Assembly (NCBI GenBank): GCA_050736695.1
Contig: JBOHWH010000030.1
Coordinates: 584 to 64,583, forward strand
Source of the DNA: Candidatus Binataceae bacterium
Lineage (GTDB): Bacteria; Desulfobacterota; Binatia; Binatales; Binataceae
DNA length: 64,000 nt
Direction of reading: 5' to 3'
Part shown: piece after piece, positions 29,090-38,348 of the stretch
Position numbering within the stretch: the first letter of the stretch is position 1
Layout: each line of letters starts with the position of its first letter
Made by a program: the position numbers and the translations under genes
Notes under the pieces: generated by a model
Told to the model about the DNA's origin: nothing
The model's database searches: none
Seen by the model: only the letters and a program-made list of their open reading frames with translations

Positions 29090-29684
29090 AGCGTCAGAGT
29101 AGGCTTCGGCGGCGGCTGTGGTAACCGCCCACGCGAGCGCGCCGGTGACTGGTCGTCTATATCACCTATTCGCTAGCATGCCGCCGAGCGGCCCCACGAA
29201 CTTATCGTGGTGGGCGGTGAGCAGACGATCGGCTCTCCGCGCTCCTACTCTCTCCCTGGGGTTAGCGGCTCAACAGGCTCAAGACGATGACTGCTAGCGC
29301 AAGTCAATCTTTTCGGCCTCAAGTCTCGACTCGAACCGCGAACGCAGGACTATCTGAAACCACCGTCATAGAGCCCCGAGAGGTTGGCTTCTTTGAAGGC
29401 GGCCGCGCGATGAACGGGCGGGGCGTGCTGTAAAGCCTGCGCGGTCGGATTCCGATCGCCGTCGCAATCCGCTCCGGGGGGCCGTGTCCTTCGGAACCTG
29501 AAATCGGAAAGGCCGGTTCTCCTCCCAGGTCACGGTAAGTGTGTATTTCGGCTGAGACACTAAGGGGAAAAAGGCGGGCCTTCCCAATCGGGAAGCTGAT
29601 TTCCCACGTTGCGCCAGACGGCGTGACGTTTGCCGCCTCCGCGGCGATTTGTGCTAGAGAATAATTGCACGGAGGACGATTCTG

Positions 29685-30611
29685 ATGAGTATCGCGATCG
29701 AGACACCAGCGACCGATCAGCAGAAGACGCTGCGTCATCTGCCCGCCACCGCATCCGGAGAAGAAATTTCCGCGGCGCTTACCGCGGACGGCGCCGTGAT
29801 CGTCGACAATGTTGTCGCGCCCGCGGCGATGGACACGATTTTCGCGGAACTTAAGCCTTTTATCGAGGCGACAGCAAAAGGCCGCGACGATTTTTCCGGC
29901 AAACGCACCCAGCGCACTGGCGCGCTGATCGCGCGTTCTCCGATGAGCCGCGATTTCGTGATGCATCCGACCGTACTCGCGGCGTGCTCGAAGTTTCTCG
30001 CCCACGTGACCAGCTATCAACTCCATCTGACCCAGGTGATCGCGATCGGCCCGAACGAGCCCGCGCAGACGATTCATCGCGATCAGTGGGCGTTCGACTT
30101 CTTTCCGTTCCCTAAAGGCTACGAAGTGCAGTGCAACACTATCTGGGCGATGACTGATTTCACCGAAGAAAATGGCGCGACCCGCGTAATTCCCGGCAGC
30201 AATCATCTTGAGGATCGTCTGCGCTTCGAGGAGAAAGACACTATCGCGGCCGAGATGAGCAAGGGCTCGGTGCTCTTCTATTCCGGCAGCGTCTATCACG
30301 GCGGCGGCGCGAACCGCTCTGACAAAACGCGCTACGGCATCAACATCACGTACAATGTTTCGTGGCTTCGGCAGGAAGAGAATCAGTACCTCGCGACGCC
30401 GCTCGAAATCGCGCGCACACTGCCGGTTGAGCTGCTCCGCCTGATGGGCTATCGCCTCGGCGCGTACGCGCTTGGCTACGTCGGCGACACGCTCGATCCG
30501 ATCGAGATCGTGCGCCCGGAGCTCAAGCGCGCGGGATTCAGCGCCACGCCGCCCGCGGGTTTCGGCGCCGAGAACCCCCAGCCTCGCGTAGATCTAAAAC
30601 GCGGCGCTTGA
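29685..30611 (+). CDS. Phytanoyl-CoA dioxygenase (PhyH) family Fe(II)/2-oxoglutarate oxygenase
   Basis: 308 aa with HRDQ (HxD), NGATRVIPGS and YHGGGAN motifs. Confidence 0.85.
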   Translation: MSIAIETPATDQQKTLRHLPATASGEEISAALTADGAVIVDNVVAPAAMDTIFAELKPFIEATAKGRDDFSGKRTQRTGALIARSPMSRDFVMHPTVLAACSKFLAHVTSYQLHLTQVIAIGPNEPAQTIHRDQWAFDFFPFPKGYEVQCNTIWAMTDFTEENGATRVIPGSNHLEDRLRFEEKDTIAAEMSKGSVLFYSGSVYHGGGANRSDKTRYGINITYNVSWLRQEENQYLATPLEIARTLPVELLRLMGYRLGAYALGYVGDTLDPIEIVRPELKRAGFSATPPAGFGAENPQPRVDLKRGA

Positions 30612-30626
30612 ACCGATGGGCGCTTC

Positions 30627-31469
30627 TCAGATCAGGCTGTAGCCGCTGCCCTTGCGATCGAATCCGATCCCGCGGCCCTCTTTCAAAAGTCCGTATTCCT
30701 TCATCAGCTCCTGGCTGTATGTTACCCGTCCGGTGATTTTGTTCACCGGCTCGGTTGCGAGAATAAGCGTCGCACGCGCCATGTACTCGAGCGGTTCGCC
30801 GTCCTTTGGTCCGGTCACCAGATGGTGATAGACGGTGCCGGGCGTCGCGACGACTTCCGACGGCGACAGGCAGGTGACGGAGATATTGTCGGCGAAGACC
30901 TCCGACGCGAGTCCCTGGGTCATCCGTTCGAGCGCGGCTTTCTCCGCGCCGTAACATACGCTGCCCGCGCGCAGCTCCTCGGCCTTGTATGGTCCGCGGC
31001 CCGGTCCGATCGCCGCGCCTGACGAGATGTTGACGATCGATCCGGACTTGCGCGGGATCATGTCCGCCAGCACCAGCCGCGAGAGCATGAAAGGTCCGTG
31101 CACGTTGACCTGGAACGAGCGCATCCATCGCTTGGGCTGGAAATCCTTGACCGGGATGAAATAGGTCAGAGCCGCGTTGTTGACCAGAACGTCAACTGGT
31201 CCATAAATGCGATGGGTCTCCGCGACCAGCTTTTCGCAGTCTTCTTCGGACGAGACGTCGCAGGTGACGGCAGTCGCGTTGCCGCCGGCTTTCTTGATTC
31301 CTGCCACGGTGGTCTCAAGCGCGCCTTGCAGCGGATGGTCGCCTTCGCGCAGCGTACGCGCGCTGCAGATCACGCGGGCGCCTTCGGTCGCGAACAGATC
31401 GGCGATCGCTTTACCGATCCCGCGGCTGGCGCCGGTTACGATCGCAACTTTGCCTTCGAGCTTGCCCAT
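30627..31469 (-). CDS. SDR-family oxidoreductase
   Basis: TGASRGIGKA glycine motif, NNAA, and YGAEKAA (YxxxK). Confidence 0.85.
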   Translation of the reverse strand: MGKLEGKVAIVTGASRGIGKAIADLFATEGARVICSARTLREGDHPLQGALETTVAGIKKAGGNATAVTCDVSSEEDCEKLVAETHRIYGPVDVLVNNAALTYFIPVKDFQPKRWMRSFQVNVHGPFMLSRLVLADMIPRKSGSIVNISSGAAIGPGRGPYKAEELRAGSVCYGAEKAALERMTQGLASEVFADNISVTCLSPSEVVATPGTVYHHLVTGPKDGEPLEYMARATLILATEPVNKITGRVTYSQELMKEYGLLKEGRGIGFDRKGSGYSLI

Positions 31470-31680
31470 TGTATTAACTCCCTATTGCGGATTGCGGCGG
31501 TGTCCGCGTGTGCCGCCTGCGCATCGAAGATTGTTATAGTCGCATACCGGGCGGCGCTTCCAGCGCCGGCGCTTGTGGACTCGCGATGCAACATTTTCTC
31601 AGGTGCGTTTCAGATCGTATCGCGATGCTGTTATTCTGGATTTGCGCCGGATTTGCGCGGTGCGTCTCTGAGGCGAGATC

Positions 31681-32955
31681 GTGACTGCCGCTGACACTCT
31701 GATAATTATTTTAATCGCGTTCGTGGTCGGGCTCGCGATCACTTTCGTCGGCGTGCTCATCCAATGGAGCCTGCGCAAGGCACAGCCGGGCACGCCCGCG
31801 GTTCCCTCGCAATCCACGCCGCCATCGCTTCCTGAAACGCCTGCGCAAAAAGCCTCGCAAACGACTCCCCGAGCGAGTCCGAGTGATGGTTTAGCCGAGA
31901 TCGCGCCACCGGGCGCCGCGGCGGAGATCCCGCTGGCCGAGCTCGAAACTCCTCCATCAGAGGAGGTTCCTCCGCTCGATACTTCACCGGCACCGGCCAC
32001 CGAAGCCGTACGGGCGCCGGTGCGAATCGGGATCGGGCTGCGCAGGACGCGCGAAAATTTTCTCTCTCGAATCCGCGCTGCGATCACTGGAGCGAAAAAG
32101 GCCGATGAGATTTACGAAGGCCTCGAGGAAGCGCTGATTGCCGCCGACGTCGGCGTCGAGTCGTCGATGAAGCTTGCCGCCGCGGTGCGCGCCCGGCTCG
32201 GCAACGATAACCGTCCCGAGGTTATTCGCGACGCGCTAAAGGCGGAGATCTCCGCGATGCTCGCGGCCGCCGGCCGCGGGCCCGCCGCGCCGGTCGAAGG
32301 TCCAATTGTGATCATGCTGGTCGGCGTCAATGGAGTCGGCAAAACCACGACTGTCGCAAAACTCGCGGCGCGGATGCGCGTCGAGCGCGGCGATGTGGTC
32401 GTCGCGGCCGCCGATACGTTTCGCGCCGCAGCTATAGAGCAGCTCGAGGTATGGTGCGATCGCGTCGGTGCCGCGATGATCAAGCATCAGCAGGGCAGCG
32501 ACCCGGCCGCGGTCGCCTTCGACGCGGTCAGGGCGGGTATCGCGCGCAAGGCCGGCGCGGTCATAATCGACACTGCGGGGCGCCTGCAGACCAAAATCAA
32601 CCTGATGGAAGAGCTCAAGAAGATCGCGCGAGTGATCGCGCGCGAGCTGCCCGGCGCGCCTCACGAGACGTGGTTGGTGCTGGACGCGAACACGGGTCAG
32701 AACGCGCTCAGTCAGGCTCGGATTTTCGGCGATGCGGTGCCGCTGACAGGCGTAGTGCTGGCGAAACTCGACAGCACGGCCAAGGGCGGCGTGATCGTCG
32801 CGATCGCGGACCGGCTCGGCGTGCCGGTCAGGTTCGTGGGATTGGGCGAAGAGATCGAGGATTTGCGCGAGTTCGACGCGCATGAGTTCGTCGAGGCGCT
32901 GTTCGAAAGTGGCGAGGGCGAGAGTGCAAGCGCAAGCGGTTCTTATGCGGCTTGA
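31681..32955 (+). CDS. ftsY: Signal recognition particle receptor FtsY
   Basis: N-terminal TM helix, Pro/Ala-rich linker and NG domain (GVNGVGKTTT, DTAGR, AKLDSTAKGG). Confidence 0.9.
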   Translation: MTAADTLIIILIAFVVGLAITFVGVLIQWSLRKAQPGTPAVPSQSTPPSLPETPAQKASQTTPRASPSDGLAEIAPPGAAAEIPLAELETPPSEEVPPLDTSPAPATEAVRAPVRIGIGLRRTRENFLSRIRAAITGAKKADEIYEGLEEALIAADVGVESSMKLAAAVRARLGNDNRPEVIRDALKAEISAMLAAAGRGPAAPVEGPIVIMLVGVNGVGKTTTVAKLAARMRVERGDVVVAAADTFRAAAIEQLEVWCDRVGAAMIKHQQGSDPAAVAFDAVRAGIARKAGAVIIDTAGRLQTKINLMEELKKIARVIARELPGAPHETWLVLDANTGQNALSQARIFGDAVPLTGVVLAKLDSTAKGGVIVAIADRLGVPVRFVGLGEEIEDLREFDAHEFVEALFESGEGESASASGSYAA

Positions 32956-33002
32956 CAGGCTGGTTTATCGAAAATTAAACTAAAGGTAGAAGTTTTTGTA
33001 TT

Positions 33003-33257
33003 ATGGCGACCCCGATTGACGTTCTAAAGCAGCTAGACGAGCGGATTCAGTCCTCGGTTACCCGGCTCCAGCAGTTACGCCGGGAAAATGACGCGCTTGC
33101 GCAGAAGCTGGCAGAAAGCGAAAAACGCCTTGCCGAGGCTCAGGCGCAGGCGCGCCAGTTCGAGCAGGAGCGCAAGCTGCACGAAAGCGAACGCACCGAA
33201 GTGCGCACCAGGATCGAGAAAATCCTGTCGCGCTTCGACGGGATAGAACTCGGGTAA
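33003..33257 (+). CDS. ZapB-like coiled-coil protein
   Basis: 84 aa, entirely heptad-like coiled coil, immediately upstream of zapA. Confidence 0.5.
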   Translation: MATPIDVLKQLDERIQSSVTRLQQLRRENDALAQKLAESEKRLAEAQAQARQFEQERKLHESERTEVRTRIEKILSRFDGIELG

Positions 33258-33278
33258 AGACGTAATTCGGGCGCAATC

Positions 33279-33563
33279 ATGAAGGGCGTCAACGTCGAAA
33301 TAATGGGCCAGTCGCTGACTGTCGCCAGCGGCGACGGCGGCGATGACTATGTGCGCGACTTGGCGCACGCGGTTGATGCGAAGATCAAGCAGATCCGTGG
33401 CGGCGGAACGCAATCGGTGAGTTCGATTCATGTTGCGATTCTGGCCGCACTTAACTTCGCCGACGAGCTCGAACGCCTGCGCCTTGAGCACCAGGCATTG
33501 GTCGAGCGTATCGAGGCGATGAACAAGAGGCTGAGCGCCGCAATTGACGGTACCCAGGCATAG
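33279..33563 (+). CDS. zapA: Cell division protein ZapA
   Basis: 94 aa. It starts VEIMGQSLTVASGDG, then has a helical coiled-coil tail, which is the ZapA pattern. Confidence 0.8.
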   Translation: MKGVNVEIMGQSLTVASGDGGDDYVRDLAHAVDAKIKQIRGGGTQSVSSIHVAILAALNFADELERLRLEHQALVERIEAMNKRLSAAIDGTQA

Positions 33564-33613
33564 CCGCGACAGGCGCATCGGCCCATTGAAGGTTTTCCCG
33601 AACATTACGGTAC

Positions 33614-33821
33614 GGGGGCGGGGAAGTCGGTTTGATAGCAACTAACCACAACGCGACGCCCGGATTTTCAGGGCTCGTGAGAGGTTTGGTCGAGACCGTG
33701 GCAAATCGATGCGGCAAGCATCCTGGCGCGCCGACGGGCGCGCCGCCCGGAAAAAACCTGGCGCCATCCACAAACCGGCGCCAATGCGTTCGGTGGTTGA
33801 GTAGTTAGTCCCGCTCCCGCC
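33614..33821 (+). ncRNA. ssrS: Candidate 6S RNA
   Basis: It sits in the zapA to 5-formyl-THF cyclo-ligase gap, the position ssrS occupies in E. coli. The 5' arm GGCGGGGAAG..CAACUAACCACAACGC can pair imperfectly with the 3' arm GCGUUCGGUGGUUGAGUAGUUAGUCCCGCUCCCGCC around an unpaired centre. The ends are approximate. Confidence 0.5.
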
Positions 33822-34469
33822 ATGGGAAGCTCTGTGGCGGAAGAAAAGAAATACCTGCGCGCGATCCTTACGGACTGCCGCATCGCAATGACGCCTTCGT
33901 GCGCTCGCGCGCGGTCGCGGGAAATTGCGCGGCGGATCCTCGCGTCAGATTTCTACCGTGACGCGCACATCGCCTTGCTGTACGCCTCAACAGGCAACGA
34001 AGTTTCTACCGAAGCACTGCTGACCGACGCATTCGCGTCGGGGAAAATCGTGATGCTTCCGCGATATGATCGCGCACGCGGCCGCTATGAGGCCGCGCGT
34101 GTGGACGCGATCGATAAGCTCGTCGCCGGGGCATTTGGAATTCTCGAACCTCCCGCCGACGCGCCTGCTGCTTTGGCAAGCGATCTCGCCGGCGCTCTCG
34201 TCTGCGTACCCGGTGTTGCGTTCGGCGTGATGGGCCAGCGGTTGGGACGCGGCCAAGGCCATTATGATCGTTTCCTCGCGGAGTTCTGCGCGGACGCGAT
34301 CACGATTGGTCTTGCCTATTCGTTCCAGCTGCTCGAGCGGATTCCTGAACAGGAGTTCGATCGGCGGCTCAACTTGATCGTCACCGAGTCGGCCGTATAT
34401 CGCGCCGCGGATGCGTCTGGGCGTCCGCGCGATACGGCAGGCCAAGGAGGTACACCAGGGTGGCTCTGA
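33822..34469 (+). CDS. 5-formyltetrahydrofolate cyclo-ligase
   Basis: KKYLR N-terminus, GILEP, and PGVAFG..GQRLGRGQGHYDRFL. Confidence 0.85.
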   Translation: MGSSVAEEKKYLRAILTDCRIAMTPSCARARSREIARRILASDFYRDAHIALLYASTGNEVSTEALLTDAFASGKIVMLPRYDRARGRYEAARVDAIDKLVAGAFGILEPPADAPAALASDLAGALVCVPGVAFGVMGQRLGRGQGHYDRFLAEFCADAITIGLAYSFQLLERIPEQEFDRRLNLIVTESAVYRAADASGRPRDTAGQGGTPGWL

Positions 34470-36064
34470 TTACCGCAATCCTGGGATTCGTTGTTGGTGG
34501 CGCGGTCTTCTTTATTTGGGGAATGATGCGGCGGCGCACTGACGCCGTCGATCACGAGGCCGCGCGCGCTCAGGCCGAAGAAATTAGCAAAGACATAGCC
34601 AGGGAGGCTCAAACCAGAAGCGAACTGATCGTCAAAGAGGCCGAAATACAGGCCAAGGATCTGGTCGTCGGCGCGCGCGCCGATGCGGAGCGCGAGGTTC
34701 GCGACCGCAGGCGCGAGTTGCAGGCGGCGGAGTCCAAGCACGAATCGCGCGAAGAGGCGTTCGAAAAACGGCAAGAGGCGTTCGAACGCCGCGAAGCCGA
34801 TCTGAACCGCCGCGACCAGGCGATTCGCACGCGCGAAAAAAATATCACCGACAAGGAAGCGCAGCAGCAGGCGCAAATCGACGAAAAGATGGCGATGCAT
34901 CAGGGGTTGATCGATGAAGCCCGCACCAAGCTCGAAGCCGTCGCCGGGCTCACGCGCGAAGAAGCCAAACGCACCCTGATGGACGAGATGCTCGGGCAGG
35001 CGCGCACCGAATCGGCCAAGCATATCCGCGTGGTCGAGGAAGAGGCGCGCGAAGAGGCCGATCGTCGCGCCAAGCGAATCGTGTCGATCGCAATCGAACG
35101 GCTGGCGGGCGAGTTCGTCGCCGAGCGCACCGTGTCGGTGATCGCGCTGCCGTCGGACGAAATGAAGGGCCGCATCATCGGACGCGAAGGGCGCAATATC
35201 CGCGCAATCGAAGCTGCCACCGGCGTCGATATCATTATCGACGATACGCCCGAAGCGGTGGTCATTTCGTGCCACAACCCGATCCGGCGCGAGATTGCGC
35301 GGGTGGCGCTGGGTCATCTCATCTCCGACGGCCGCATCCATCCCGGAAGAATCGAAGAAGTCGTGCGCAAGGCCGAACAAGAGGTCGAGGAGTCGATCCG
35401 CGAGGCCGGGCAACGCGCGATAATCGAAGTCGGGGTGCATGGGATTCATCCGGAGCTGGTCAAGCTGCTCGGGATGCTCAAGTACCGGTATTCATACGCG
35501 CAGAACGTGCTGATGCATTCGATTGAGGCGGCGTTTATCTGCGGCGCGATGGCCGCGGAGCTGGGCCTCAACGAAAAGCAGGCGCGGCGCGCGGCGCTGC
35601 TGCACGATATCGGCAAGGCGCTGACTCACGAGGTCGAAGGCTCGCACGCGCTGATCGGCGGCGAGCTTGCGCGCAAGTACGGCGAGTCGGCCAAGATCGT
35701 CAACGCGATCGCGGCGCATCATGAAGAAGTGAAGGCCGAGACGATTCTGGCTCCGCTCGTCGATGCCGCCGACGCGCTGTCGGGAGCACGTCCGGGCGCG
35801 CGGCGCGAGGTGCTCGAGAGCTACGTCAAGCGGCTGGAAGATCTCGAGAAAATCGCCAAGTCGTTCAAGGGCGTCGAGAAATGCTTCGCCGTGCAGGCGG
35901 GGCGCGAGATGCGCGTGATCGTCGAGCCCAATCAGATCACTGACGAAGACACGGTGATGCTCGCGCGCGACGTGGCGCGCAAGATCGAAACCGACATGAC
36001 CTATCCCGGACAGATCCGGGTGACCGTCATCCGCGAAACCCGCGCGACCGAGCTCGCCAAGTAG
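34460..36064 (+). CDS. rny: Ribonuclease Y
   Basis: N-terminal TM helix, coiled coil, KH domain GRIIGREGRNIRAIE and HD domain LLHDIGKA. Confidence 0.9.
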   Translation: MALITAILGFVVGGAVFFIWGMMRRRTDAVDHEAARAQAEEISKDIAREAQTRSELIVKEAEIQAKDLVVGARADAEREVRDRRRELQAAESKHESREEAFEKRQEAFERREADLNRRDQAIRTREKNITDKEAQQQAQIDEKMAMHQGLIDEARTKLEAVAGLTREEAKRTLMDEMLGQARTESAKHIRVVEEEAREEADRRAKRIVSIAIERLAGEFVAERTVSVIALPSDEMKGRIIGREGRNIRAIEAATGVDIIIDDTPEAVVISCHNPIRREIARVALGHLISDGRIHPGRIEEVVRKAEQEVEESIREAGQRAIIEVGVHGIHPELVKLLGMLKYRYSYAQNVLMHSIEAAFICGAMAAELGLNEKQARRAALLHDIGKALTHEVEGSHALIGGELARKYGESAKIVNAIAAHHEEVKAETILAPLVDAADALSGARPGARREVLESYVKRLEDLEKIAKSFKGVEKCFAVQAGREMRVIVEPNQITDEDTVMLARDVARKIETDMTYPGQIRVTVIRETRATELAK

Positions 36065-36091
36065 CAGGCGCGCGAGAACAACTCTGCCATC

Positions 36092-36121
36092 GCAGGCGCG
36101 GCCGTAAGTGGCCGCGCCTGC
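36092..36121 (+). terminator. Perfect 12-bp hairpin after rny
   Basis: GCAGGCGCGGCC-gtaagt-GGCCGCGCCTGC. The downstream T-run is weak, so it could be a processing or stability hairpin rather than a terminator. Confidence 0.4.
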
Positions 36122-36164
36122 GTGCTTTCGCCCCGGCGCATCGCGCGATATTATCGCAGTGCCG

Positions 36165-36710
36165 ATGCCGACCACACGCGAAGCGCTCGAAACCACGATC
36201 GCACTCGAAAAGCAGAGCATGTCGCTGTATGCCCTGATGGCGAAGATTTTCGCCGACGACGCAAAGCTGCGCGATTTCTGGTTTGGGATGGCGCGCGACG
36301 AGGCGCGCCACGTCGGCGCGCTCGACCTGGTCTCGACCGTGCTCGAGATCGACGGCCTGCTCGACGCGCAAAGTCCGATCTCGCTCGAAGACTCAAGTAT
36401 CGTCAAGCTGCGCGCGATGCTCGAGCGGTTCAATCGCGAGGCCGGCCCCGGACTAAAGATTCAGCGCGCGCTGGCGATGGCGCTCGAAGTCGAAGAGACC
36501 GAGCTCGAAGACCTGGTCGCCGAGCTGTTGAAAGCCGTGCAGGCACCTGACGAATACGAGCGATGCCTGCGCCTGCTGGTGCACGACCTGGGCGAGCTCG
36601 GCTTCATGATCGAGCATCACTGCGCCGACGTCGGTTTGCTGAGCCGCTGCGACGCACTGTGCAACCGCCACGCCGAAGCCCTGCGAACCTCCGCCTCCGG
36701 CGGCCGCTAA
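36165..36710 (+). CDS. Ferritin-like/rubrerythrin-like four-helix protein (hypothetical)
   Basis: ALEKQSMSLY..MARDEARHVGAL..ALEVEETELE pattern. The start is set at MPTTREALE, because the longer track ORF would span the rny hairpin. Confidence 0.45.
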   Translation: MPTTREALETTIALEKQSMSLYALMAKIFADDAKLRDFWFGMARDEARHVGALDLVSTVLEIDGLLDAQSPISLEDSSIVKLRAMLERFNREAGPGLKIQRALAMALEVEETELEDLVAELLKAVQAPDEYERCLRLLVHDLGELGFMIEHHCADVGLLSRCDALCNRHAEALRTSASGGR

Positions 36711-36800
36711 AGAACCTCCGCACAAGGCCATTTCGGTCATTTTGAGAGGCAGTGAAGATCTAAACGCTGGCGAATCTGTGGTATTCCACCAATCAAATTC

Positions 36801-36866
36801 GTCAAGCACCGAGCCAACAATCGTCATTCCCGCGCGTGGCTGCCGCGCGAGGAATCCCGGGATTCT
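36801..36866. repeat. REP-like palindromic element, copy 1
   Basis: gtcaagcacc..tcgtcattcccgcgcgtggctgccgcgcgaggaatcccgggattc, which closely resembles 54073-54137. Confidence 0.6.
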
Positions 36867-37098
36867 TCACTCCGCAGCGGAGCCTGCCCTGAGCGGCGCC
36901 GAAGGGTTCAGAATGGCGATCCGACTTGAGCAGAGGCTCCGTGGCCGGAGCGGTCGCCCGCGCCGTATCACAAGCCGATCGCTGGGGCGCCGATACTGGC
37001 GAGAATCACCGCACCATCGATAGCTCCCCGCGTGAAAATTCGATGCGCGCGCGCCGGGTGGCGCGGCGTTGAATGGTTGGCTATATTTCCCGTAGTGC

Positions 37099-37174
37099 TG
37101 AGGAGTGGCCAAACTGGCAAGGCACCTGACTCTGGATCAGGGGATTGAAGGTTCGAATCCTTCCTCCTCAGCCA
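37099..37174 (+). tRNA. tRNA-Gln (anticodon CUG)
   Basis: Hand-folded. Acceptor TGAGGAG/CTCCTCA, 3-bp D-stem GCC/GGC, anticodon stem CCTGA/TCAGG with loop CUCUGGA, T-arm GAAGG-TTCGAAT-CCTTC, discriminator G and an encoded CCA. Confidence 0.9.
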
Positions 37175-37212
37175 ACCCACCATCGCCAGCGCGGTGGGGC
37201 GCATCGACGGAC

Positions 37213-37287
37213 GGTCCCATCGTCTAGTGGTTAGGACACCGGCCTCTCACGTCGGGAACGCGGGTTCGACTCCCGCTGGGATCACCA
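37213..37287 (+). tRNA. tRNA-Glu (anticodon CUC)
   Basis: Hand-folded. Acceptor GGTCCCA/TGGGATC, D-arm GTCT-AGTGGTTA-GGAC, anticodon loop CUCUCAC, T-arm GCGGG-TTCGACT-CCCGC and an encoded CCA. Confidence 0.9.
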
Positions 37288-37566
37288 GAACAGATCAATC
37301 ACTCAACGGCTACGGCTTCGTCGCCCGTTTCTCCTGGTGCTAAACGGGTGCCATCTTTTGGGCTGAGTGTGCCAACGAAATCGATATCTCGATGGCTTTT
37401 ACCGAATTGCTGTTTGGTATAAGCTTCACACACACTTTCCGAGCCCAAATATTAAGGGCGACGTTTTTGTCGACTTCTACGGCTTCTGCAGCGTTCCGTA
37501 TGAGGGCCTTTGAAAAGGGATGGGTTCTGTCCTAAAATTCAGGTCGGCAGAGGCAGGAGGAAGGAA

Positions 37567-38226
37567 ATGATGGCATGCGAAATATGTAGCGATCTTTCCT
37601 CGAAGGAGCCCGCGTTTTGGAACGAGTCGCTCTTCGAATCGGCCAATTTTCGTGTACTGCCCTCGCTCGGGGCGCTGGTTGAAGGTTGGTTGCTCTTGTT
37701 GCCGAAGCAGCATGCAATTTCGATGGGCGCACTGGGCGATGACCTCATTGCGGAGATGCAACATGTTAAGAATCTGCTGGTCTCGACAATGGAGCGACCC
37801 TACTCGTCAGTTTGCGCATTCGAACACGGTCCAAGCAGGGCTAATTCCCTAGTAGGCTGTGGAGTCGATCATGCACACTTGCACATCGTCGCGTTAAAGT
37901 TCGATCTGTTTTCTGCTCTTCAGCCATTCTTGCCGGGAGATGTACTTTGGTCTTCAGCATCTTTTGTCGAATGCCAGGCCGCGCACCGCAGAGGCGATGA
38001 CTATTTGTATCTCGAACAACCGATCGGATTGGGACGCCTTGCTAGCCACCGTGAGTTTGGTAGTCAGTTGTTCAGGCGCGCGATCGCTGCAGAAATTGGA
38101 TTGCCTGATCAGTTCAGCTGGCGTGAACATCCACAGCTGCCAAACGTATCAGCAACCATTCAACAAGCCAGAAAATGGGCCGCTAACCTCGATCCGTTGG
38201 ACCAGTTCAAGCGAGTTGCGGCCTGA
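37567..38226 (+). CDS. HIT (histidine triad) family nucleotide hydrolase/transferase with C-terminal extension
   Basis: N-terminal CEIC, LLLLPKQH, and histidine triad VDHAHLHIV. The start is set at the ATG at 37567, preceded by AGGAGGAAGGAA. Confidence 0.7.
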   Translation: MMACEICSDLSSKEPAFWNESLFESANFRVLPSLGALVEGWLLLLPKQHAISMGALGDDLIAEMQHVKNLLVSTMERPYSSVCAFEHGPSRANSLVGCGVDHAHLHIVALKFDLFSALQPFLPGDVLWSSASFVECQAAHRRGDDYLYLEQPIGLGRLASHREFGSQLFRRAIAAEIGLPDQFSWREHPQLPNVSATIQQARKWAANLDPLDQFKRVAA

Positions 38227-38348
38227 AGAAAACGGAAATACCGGAGTCGGAACAGGTCCTTGGCTTCGCGCCCACCGACCTGACTGACAAACGAAATCCT
38301 CTCGACTGGAAGTCGAGGTACTCAGACCCCGTAGCTCGCCGGGGTATC

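Noticed and set aside
29319-30299. 326-aa minus-strand ORF.
   Set aside because: Its 5' two-thirds is antisense to the PhyH-family gene (HxD and other motifs on the + strand). The remainder lies in the gene-poor gap and has no homology I can recognise.
34316-36433. Minus-strand ORFs of 377 aa and 313 aa opposite rny and the ferritin-like gene.
   Set aside because: The KH and HD motifs of RNase Y define the + frame. The antisense products are low-complexity.
37097-37174. Possible tRNA-Sec-like fold with a 9-bp acceptor stem (GCTGAGGAG/CTCCTCAGC).
   Set aside because: The anticodon is CUG rather than UCA, and there is no long variable arm. Starting at 37099 gives a canonical 7-bp acceptor, a 3-bp Gln-type D-stem and an encoded GCCA end. 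It is an ordinary tRNA-Gln.
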